Assembly: GCA_024236075.1 (NCBI GenBank)
Contig: JACKLE010000007.1
Coordinates: 2,235 to 66,234, forward strand
DNA length: 64,000 nt
DNA from: Alphaproteobacteria bacterium
GTDB lineage: Bacteria; Pseudomonadota; Alphaproteobacteria; JACAEB01
Direction: 5' to 3'
The position numbers and the translations under genes were made by a program. Below the pieces are notes generated by a model. The model did not search any database. It was not told the origin of the DNA and saw only the letters and a program-made list of their open reading frames with translations. Of this stretch, positions 57,405 to 64,000 are shown piece by piece. Each line of letters opens with the position of its first letter. Positions within the stretch are counted from its first letter, which is position 1.

Positions 57405-58922
57405 TCAGTTCGCCTGGCGGCGCAGGAAGGCCGGAATGTCGAGCTGCGCCTCGCCGGGCTCGCCCTTCGCCCGCTCCTCGGGCGTCGGCGGGGCCATGGG
57501 CGGGCGTGGCGCCTGGGGCCGCGGCGCCGCGGCCTGGGGCCTTTGCGGCTGGGCCGGGGCCCGGCGCGGCTCGGCCTGCGGCGCCTCGCCCGGACCCTTA
57601 GCCGGACGCTCGCCGGCCATGCGGTCGAGGAAGCCGATCGACATCTTCTTCACGCTGCGCGCGAAGCTCAGATCCGCGTCGGCGCCGAGCTCGGGCCGCT
57701 CGCCGATGTGAGGCCTCGCGGGACCGCCCGCCGGGCGCCCGCCATGGCCCGCCGCGACCTCGGGCCGCTCAAAGGGCATTTCCGCGGGCCGGGGCTGGAG
57801 ATCGGCTTTCGGCGCGTCGGGCAGCGGGGCGGCCGCGAAGCCGCCGCCATGTTCGCCGCGCTCGGCCGCGCGCGGGGGACCGGGCGCCCGCCAGCCCTGC
57901 ACGGGCCGGCCGGCTCCCGAGACGGCGCGCTCGGCGGCCGCGGCGATCGCGGCCTGCTCGCCCTCGATGCCGGTCGCGACGACCGAAACGCGCATGCGCC
58001 CTTCCATCGACTCGTTGAAGGTCGAGCCGACGATGATGTTCGCGTCCGGATCGACCTCGGCGCGGATGCGGTTCGCCGCCTCGTCGACCTCGTAGAGCGT
58101 GAGATCCATGCCGCCGGTGATGTTGATGAGGACGCCCTTCGCGCCCTTCATCGACACCTCGTCGAGCAGCGGATTGTTGATGGCGGCCTCGGCGGCGTCG
58201 ATCGCGCGCGTCTCGCCCTCCGCCTCGCCCGTGCCCATCATGGCCTTGCCCATCTCGTTCATCACGGTACGGACGTCGGCGAAGTCGAGATTGATGAGGC
58301 CGGGCATCACCATGAGGTCGGTGATGCCGCGCACGCCCGAATGGAGCACCTCGTCGGCCATGGCGAAGGCGGCCGCAAAGGTCGTCTTCTCGTTGGCGAT
58401 GCGGAAGAGATTCTGGTTCGGGATGACGATCAGCGTGTCGGCATATTTCTGAAGCTCGGCGATGCCGGCCTCGGCGATGCGCATGCGCCGCGCGCCCTCG
58501 AAGTGGAACGGCTTCGTCACGACGCCGACGGTGAGGATCTGCATGTCGCGCGCCTCGCGCGCGATGACGGGCGCGGCTCCGGTGCCCGTGCCGCCGCCCA
58601 TGCCGGCGGTGATGAAGACCATGTGCGAGCCCTGGAGATTATCGCGGATCTCGCTGATCGACTCCTCGGCGGCGGCGCAGCCGATCTCGGGGCGCGAACC
58701 CGCGCCGAGGCCCTCGGTGACGCCGGTGCCCATCTGGATGCGCCGCTCGGCCTTCGATTGCGCGAGCGCCTGCGCGTCGGTGTTGGCGATCACGAACTCG
58801 ACGCCCTCGAGCTTGGCGTCGATCATGTTCGAGACGGCGTTGCCCCCTGCTCCGCCCACGCCGAAAACCGTGATCCTCGGCTTGAGCTCGGTGATCGTCG
58901 GCACTCTCAGATTGATAGTCAT
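57405..58922 (-). CDS. ftsZ: Cell division protein FtsZ
   Basis: [36 protein letters not shown], a long Pro/Ala-rich linker and the C-terminal peptide [12 protein letters not shown]. Confidence 0.95.
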   Translation of the reverse strand: MTINLRVPTITELKPRITVFGVGGAGGNAVSNMIDAKLEGVEFVIANTDAQALAQSKAERRIQMGTGVTEGLGAGSRPEIGCAAAEESISEIRDNLQGSHMVFITAGMGGGTGTGAAPVIAREARDMQILTVGVVTKPFHFEGARRMRIAEAGIAELQKYADTLIVIPNQNLFRIANEKTTFAAAFAMADEVLHSGVRGITDLMVMPGLINLDFADVRTVMNEMGKAMMGTGEAEGETRAIDAAEAAINNPLLDEVSMKGAKGVLINITGGMDLTLYEVDEAANRIRAEVDPDANIIVGSTFNESMEGRMRVSVVATGIEGEQAAIAAAAERAVSGAGRPVQGWRAPGPPRAAERGEHGGGFAAAPLPDAPKADLQPRPAEMPFERPEVAAGHGGRPAGGPARPHIGERPELGADADLSFARSVKKMSIGFLDRMAGERPAKGPGEAPQAEPRRAPAQPQRPQAAAPRPQAPRPPMAPPTPEERAKGEPGEAQLDIPAFLRRQAN

Positions 58923-59115
58923 GAATCCCTCCAGGTCGAGAGCCCACGTCGCGGCCCCCTCGCCACACTTGTTCCGAGCCCCGAGAGATCACCGCCACAC
59001 CGCCGCGAGACTTGGGCTCTTCTTTGGAGCCGACCATGTTGGTACATGTGCAAGTCTCTCGTTAACGAACTGTAAACCTGCTTCGTCCGCCGGCAAATGC
59101 TCGCAAGGGCCGCAT

Positions 59116-60420
59116 CTACCAGCCCGACGCCTTGAGCCATCGGCTCATCCTGTCGAGCGGCGCAAGCAGGCTCAGACGTCCTTGAATACCATCTCCGCGC
59201 GGCGCCTCAAAGGGCGCGCACAGCGGAAATGCCAGAAGTCCGGCCGCGGCGGCGAAGGCGGGACCGCCCGTCGCCTCGGCGAGGCCGGCGACACCGGCGG
59301 GCCGGCCGATGCGCACCTGGCGGCCGAGAATGTGCTCGGCGAGCTCCTTGACGCCGTTGAGCTGGGAGGCGCCTCCGGTCATGACCATCCGCCGGCCGAC
59401 CATATGGGCGAAGCCGCTGGCCTCCAGGCGGTCGCGCACCAGCTCCAGCGTTTCCTCGATGCGCGGGCGGATGATGCCGGTGAGGATCGAGCGCGGCACC
59501 TGCACGGCGCTCTCGCGCTCGTCCTCGCCCGCCTGGGGCACGCTCACCGGCTCGCGATCGTCCGTGGGGCTGCGCAGCGCGCTGCCGCACAGGGTCTTGA
59601 GCCGCTCCGCGTGGGAGAGCGTCGTCGAGAGGCCGCGCGCGAGATCCATGGTCACGTGCTGCCCGCCGACGGGCAGGCAGGCGACATATTGCAGCCGCCC
59701 CTCGGCCATGATGGCGAGCGAGGTGGTGCCGCCGCCCATGTCGAGGAGCAGGGTGCCGAGCTCGCACTCGTCCTCGATGAGGGTCGAGATGGCGCTCGCA
59801 TAGGGCGTGGCGATGAGGCCCGCGATCTCGAGATGGCAGCGCTCGACGGCATGGGTGAGGTTGCGCGCCGGGGCGTGGGCGACGGTCACGACGTTGACGT
59901 CCGCCGAGATCTCGCCCGCGAACATGCCGGCCGGCTCGCGAATGCCGGTCGTTCCGTCCACCGTGTAGCGCGCCGGCACCGCGTGCAGGATCGCTCCGTC
60001 GCCCGAGGGGGCCCGCGAGCGCGCCATGGCGAGGACGCGCGTAACGTCCGCCTCCGTCAGATCGCGCTCGCCGATGACGAGGCCGGCGCCGACGTGAACG
60101 CTGGCGAGCGTCGGGCAGGTGACGCCGAGAAAGACGCGGTGGATGAGCGCGCCGGCCATGTGCTCGGCGGTCTCGACGGTGCGCCGGATCGCCTCCTCGG
60201 CCTCGCCGAGATCGGTGACCTGGCCCGCCTTGAGCCCGCGCGAGACTTGATGGCCGATGCCGACGATGCGCAAGGACGGACCGCCCGCCTCGCGGGGCGG
60301 CTCCGGGCGCGCGATGAAGCAGGTGATCTTCGTCGAGCCGACGTCGAGCGCGGCGATGAGGCCCTGGCGGCCCAGGGCCTGGAGCCGCTCGCGGCGCGTC
60401 ATGTCGGATCTCTTCAGCAT
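59116..60420 (-). CDS. ftsA: Cell division protein FtsA
   Basis: 434 aa actin-like ATPase, with LDVGSTKITCFIA, LLDMGGGTTSLAI and MTGGASQLNG. Confidence 0.95.
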   Translation of the reverse strand: MLKRSDMTRRERLQALGRQGLIAALDVGSTKITCFIARPEPPREAGGPSLRIVGIGHQVSRGLKAGQVTDLGEAEEAIRRTVETAEHMAGALIHRVFLGVTCPTLASVHVGAGLVIGERDLTEADVTRVLAMARSRAPSGDGAILHAVPARYTVDGTTGIREPAGMFAGEISADVNVVTVAHAPARNLTHAVERCHLEIAGLIATPYASAISTLIEDECELGTLLLDMGGGTTSLAIMAEGRLQYVACLPVGGQHVTMDLARGLSTTLSHAERLKTLCGSALRSPTDDREPVSVPQAGEDERESAVQVPRSILTGIIRPRIEETLELVRDRLEASGFAHMVGRRMVMTGGASQLNGVKELAEHILGRQVRIGRPAGVAGLAEATGGPAFAAAAGLLAFPLCAPFEAPRGDGIQGRLSLLAPLDRMSRWLKASGW

Positions 60421-60421
60421 G

Positions 60422-61369
60422 CTACAGATTCATCCCCCGGCCCGCGACGCCGCTCGCTCCGTCCCGGGATGGCCCGGACGCGGAGTCGAGCGTCTCGATC
60501 GACGGCTTGATGACATAGCGGTCCGGAAACCTCAGATCGATGCTCTCAATCTCCCGCCCGAGGACGCGATGCTTGGTGTCCAGCTCGACGAGCTCGCGAA
60601 TCGCTCCTTCGACATCCGTGTCAGGTAAATACACGACAATCCCGTTGTCGAGGCGCAAGTCCCAGCGCCGCTCGCCGACACGGATCGCCGCCCGCAGGCG
60701 CGACTTGAGAAGCGGCTCGCGGTCGAGGACGGAGATGAGCTCGCCCGCCGCGTCCGCCGCGCCGGGCCCCACCACGGAGGGCAGGCCCGCGAAACGCTCC
60801 AGGCGCTCGCGCGTGATGACATGCCCCTTGCGGTCGATCAGCGCATCGCCCTCGCGCATGCGCCAGACGGCGAAGGGCCGGCGCTCGACGACCTCGATAT
60901 GGAGCGTGTCCGGAAGAAGGCGCATCACGGTCGCCTCCTCGATCCACTCGAGCTTCTCGAGGCGCTCGCGCGCCGCCGCGAGGTCGATCTGCAGGATCGA
61001 TTGGCCGAGCTCCAGCCCCAGCGCCTCGACGATCGAGCCGTTCTCGGCGTTGATGCGCCCGCGGACCGTGATCTTGGCGAGCGAGAAGCCCGCGTCGACG
61101 AGAACCCTTTCGAGCGCGGCCTGCCCTCCCGCGGCGGCCCGCGCCAGGGACCCGCTCGCCCAGGCCCAGACGGCGAGGATGGTGACGCCGGCGAGCCCCG
61201 CGAAGAGCGCGACCGGAAAGAGGCGCTGCACGTCGCGCCGCCAGTTGCGGATGCGCCGCGCCGCGGTCTCGACTGTCCGGCTCAGCGCCGATTCGCTGCG
61301 GGCCGGCCTGCCGCGCTTCCTTCCGCGCGCCGCCGGCTTCGCCTTGGCTTTCGTGCGTCCCCGCGCCAT
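60422..61369 (-). CDS. ftsQ: Cell division protein FtsQ
   Basis: 315 aa with a basic N-terminus, a TM helix (LFPVALFAGLAGVTILAVWAW), and POTRA/FtsQ-like domains. Located between murB and ftsA. Confidence 0.85.
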   Translation of the reverse strand: MARGRTKAKAKPAARGRKRGRPARSESALSRTVETAARRIRNWRRDVQRLFPVALFAGLAGVTILAVWAWASGSLARAAAGGQAALERVLVDAGFSLAKITVRGRINAENGSIVEALGLELGQSILQIDLAAARERLEKLEWIEEATVMRLLPDTLHIEVVERRPFAVWRMREGDALIDRKGHVITRERLERFAGLPSVVGPGAADAAGELISVLDREPLLKSRLRAAIRVGERRWDLRLDNGIVVYLPDTDVEGAIRELVELDTKHRVLGREIESIDLRFPDRYVIKPSIETLDSASGPSRDGASGVAGRGMNL

Positions 61370-61372
61370 CGC

Positions 61373-62323
61373 CTACTCCGTCGCCGCCTGAGGCTGGCCG
61401 CCGGCAACCGGCCGGCCCAGCCGCTTGATCTCCCATTCCAGCTCGATTCCCGTCTCCTCGCGCACCCGCGCGCGCACCGTCTCGCCGAGGCGCTCGAGAT
61501 CGGCCGCCGACGCATTGCCGCGATTGATGAGGAAGTTGCAGTGCTTCTCCGACACCGTCGCATCGCCTACGACGAGCCCGCGGCAGCCCGCGCGGTCGAT
61601 GAGCTGCCAGGCCTTGAGGCCGTCCGAGCGCGCCGGATTGGGATTCTTGAAGGTGGACCCGCCCGTTCGTGTGCGGATGGGCTGGCTCGCCTCCCGCGAC
61701 TGCATGATGTCCTCGATGCGCGCGGCGATGTCGGCCGGGGCTCCCGGCATGCCCTGAAGCACCGCCTCGACGAAGATGTAGTCCTCCGGCGCCCCCGAAT
61801 GGCGGTAGGTCATGTCGAGGTCGTCGACCGCCAGGACATGGCGGGCGCCGGCGCGGTCGAGCGCCACCGCCTCGACGAGCACGTCCTTGATCTCGCGGCC
61901 ATAGGCGCCCGCATTCATCCGCAGCGCGCCGCCGATCGTGCCCGGAATGCCGGCGAGGAACTCGAGGCCCGCGACGCCGGCATCGCGCGCCGCGCGCGCG
62001 ACCTGCGCGTCGAGCGCGGCGGCGCCCGCGCGGATGCGCATGCCCTCGACGCGGATGCGGGCGAACTCCGGCGAGAGACGGATGACGAGGCCCGAGAGCC
62101 CGCCGTCGCGCACGAGGAGGTTCGAGCCCACGCCGATGACGCAGACCGGAACCTCGGCGGGCAGCGTGGCCAGAAGCTGCGCGAGATCGGTCTCGTCCGC
62201 GGGCAGAACGAGCACCTCCGCCGGCCCGCCGACGCGGAACCAGGTGTAGCGCGAGAGCGGCACCTCCTTCATCAGGGTTCCGCGCAGGCGGGGGATGCGA
62301 TCGGCGAGCGCGCTGGCCGGCAT
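61373..62323 (-). CDS. murB: UDP-N-acetylmuramate dehydrogenase
   Basis: [17 protein letters not shown]........L.......[18 protein letters not shown]...GGSTFKNP. Confidence 0.9.
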   Translation of the reverse strand: MPASALADRIPRLRGTLMKEVPLSRYTWFRVGGPAEVLVLPADETDLAQLLATLPAEVPVCVIGVGSNLLVRDGGLSGLVIRLSPEFARIRVEGMRIRAGAAALDAQVARAARDAGVAGLEFLAGIPGTIGGALRMNAGAYGREIKDVLVEAVALDRAGARHVLAVDDLDMTYRHSGAPEDYIFVEAVLQGMPGAPADIAARIEDIMQSREASQPIRTRTGGSTFKNPNPARSDGLKAWQLIDRAGCRGLVVGDATVSEKHCNFLINRGNASAADLERLGETVRARVREETGIELEWEIKRLGRPVAGGQPQAATE

Positions 62324-63744
62324 CAGCCGCTCCCTCCCGCGGGCAGGGCGGCGAGATCCTCGGGCAGCTTCTGCGCCCAGTTGGTGATGCTGCCGGCCCC
62401 GAGGCAGACCACGAGGTCGCCTTCCCCGACAAGGCCCGCGAGAAGGGGCGCGAGCGCCTCCGGTCCCTCGAGCGGCAGCACGTGGCGGTGGCCGTGCTCC
62501 TTGAGGCCGGCCACGAGATGGTCGCGGTCGATGCCCTCGATGGGGCTCTCGCCGGCCGGGTAGACGTCGGCGACGATCACCGTGTCGGCGTCGTTGAAGC
62601 AGGTGCAGAAGGCGTCGAAGAGGTCGCGCAGCCGGGTGTAGCGGTGCGGCTGCACGATGGCGAAGACGCGCTTCCTGGCCACCGCGCGCGCCGCCTTCAG
62701 GACCGCGGCGATCTCGACCGGATGGTGCCCATAGTCGTCGATGACGCGCACGCCGCGCGCCGTGCCGGTGGTGGTGAAGCGCCGCTTCACCCCGCCGAAG
62801 CTCTTTAGCGCGTCGCGCGCCTTCTCGAGCGGGATGCGCAGCTCGCGCGCCACCGCGAGGGTGCCGAGCGCGTTCAGCACGTTGTGCTGGCCCGGCATGG
62901 GCAGGCCGGCCCCGGAGAGGCGCTCCTCCTTCTGGCTCACGCGGTCGCGCAGGAGGACGTCAAAGCGCGGCAGCCCGTCCTCGAGGCGCAGATCCACCGC
63001 CCGCACATCCGCCTGCGGAGAGAGCCCGTAGGTCACCATGCGCCGGTCCGAGATGCGGCCCATCATGGCCTGCACCTCGGGATGGTCGATGCACAGCACC
63101 CCGCAGCCGTAGAAGGGCACGTTCTCGACGAAGGTCTTGAACGCCTCCCGCATGCGGTCGAAGGTGCCGTAATGGTCGAGATGCTCCGGGTCCATGTTGG
63201 TCACGAGCGCCACGGTCGCGGGCAGCTTCAGGAAGCTGCCGTCGCTCTCGTCGGCCTCGACCACCATCCATTCGCCCTTGCCCAGGCGCGCATTGGTGCC
63301 GTAGGCGTTGATGATGCCGCCGTTGATGACGGTGGGATCGAGCCCGCCCGCGTCGAGCACCGCCGCCACCATGGACGTGGTCGTGGTCTTGCCGTGCGTG
63401 CCGCCGACCGCGACGGACCATTTGAGGCGCATGAGCTCGGCGAGCATCTCGGCCCGGCGCACGATGGGGATGAGGCGCTCGCGCGCCGCGACGATCTCGG
63501 GATTGTCGCGCTTCACCGCCGAGGAATAGACGACGACGCGCGCCTCGCCGAGATGCTCCGCCGAATGACCGATGCCGACCGCGATGCCGAGCGCCTTGAG
63601 GCGCTTCACATTGGCGCTCTCGGCCTGGTCCGTGCCCTGCACGCGGTAGCCGAGATTGTGCAGCACCTCGGCGATGCCGCTCATGCCGATCCCGCCTATG
63701 CCGACGAAATGGATGGCGCCGATGTCGAACGGCAGCGCGCCCAT
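62323..63744 (-). CDS. murC: UDP-N-acetylmuramate--L-alanine ligase
   Basis: [43 protein letters not shown] and [10 protein letters not shown]. Confidence 0.95.
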   Translation of the reverse strand: MGALPFDIGAIHFVGIGGIGMSGIAEVLHNLGYRVQGTDQAESANVKRLKALGIAVGIGHSAEHLGEARVVVYSSAVKRDNPEIVAARERLIPIVRRAEMLAELMRLKWSVAVGGTHGKTTTTSMVAAVLDAGGLDPTVINGGIINAYGTNARLGKGEWMVVEADESDGSFLKLPATVALVTNMDPEHLDHYGTFDRMREAFKTFVENVPFYGCGVLCIDHPEVQAMMGRISDRRMVTYGLSPQADVRAVDLRLEDGLPRFDVLLRDRVSQKEERLSGAGLPMPGQHNVLNALGTLAVARELRIPLEKARDALKSFGGVKRRFTTTGTARGVRVIDDYGHHPVEIAAVLKAARAVARKRVFAIVQPHRYTRLRDLFDAFCTCFNDADTVIVADVYPAGESPIEGIDRDHLVAGLKEHGHRHVLPLEGPEALAPLLAGLVGEGDLVVCLGAGSITNWAQKLPEDLAALPAGGSG

Positions 63745-64000
63745 CAGGATGCCCTCCTGGCCTGTGTTGCGGAGCCGGACGCGCGCGACGCCTCCTCCAC
63801 GAGATTTGCAAGACGCTCGGTGGCGTCCGTTTGTCCAAGTCCCCTCGCCGCCTCGGCCGCCCCGGCGAGACGCTCGGGCGCCGCGGCGAGATCGGCGAGG
63901 CGGCCCGCGAGCTCGCCGGGCGTGAAGGCCGCCTCGGCGAGAAGGAAGCCTGCGCCCGCATCCGCGAGCACGCGGGCGTTCACCGTCTGGTGGTCGTCCA
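63744..64000 (-). CDS. murG: MurG glycosyltransferase, C-terminal part (the 5' end lies outside the window)
   Basis: The ORF is open to the window edge. ...[35 protein letters not shown] matches the MurG C-terminus, and the position upstream of murC fits. Confidence 0.75.
   Translation of the reverse strand, partial: DDHQTVNARVLADAGAGFLLAEAAFTPGELAGRLADLAAAPERLAGAAEAARGLGQTDATERLANLVEEASRASGSATQARRAS

Overview
High-GC alphaproteobacterial chromosome segment. The assignment rests on a circularly permuted two-piece tmRNA gene, an SspB-alpha adaptor, fliX/flgI/cheL/flbY, DUF1465 (RcdA-like), DUF1013 (TrcR-like), and the murG-murC-murB-ftsQAZ-lpxC-bamD-recN-ligA block. Most of the window is ordinary, densely packed housekeeping sequence: a two-component system, ccmE, PBP1A, qor, dksA, a flagellar P-ring cluster, kdgK-eda, degP, hflKC, mrp, vapBC, folA-thyA, ssrA, sspB, fumC, a CoA-transferase, glnE, ligA, recN, bamD, lpxC and the distal dcw cluster. 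Two visibly AT-richer accessory insertions interrupt this backbone. (1) 7742..15167 is a 7.4 kb island bracketed by two decayed, mosaic IS3-family elements. It carries luxR, a luxI whose stop codon directly abuts the start of a PhyH-type Fe(II)/2OG dioxygenase gene, several tiny orphan ORFs and an apparently intact IS5/IS427-group element. Its left IS truncates a SleB-like cell-wall hydrolase gene. (2) 18426..20507 is a 2082-bp IS1595-family unit with clear terminal inverted repeats and a perfect 8-bp target duplication. Besides its transposase it carries two overlapping uncharacterised passenger genes, and it sits inside the remnant of a DNA methyltransferase gene. I rate these two as the best candidates for an undescribed system: the IS1595 passenger pair, and the luxI-dioxygenase coupling. 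Further points of note are a Tat-signal GH9-like protein whose catalytic motifs look mutated, a G-quadruplex-type heptamer repeat upstream of fumC, a 33-bp tandem triplication of a gene 3' end, and a dcw cluster with no ddl between murB and ftsQ. All family assignments come from reading the translated ORFs by eye. No database search was run, and start codons and RNA or IS boundaries are approximate unless stated otherwise.
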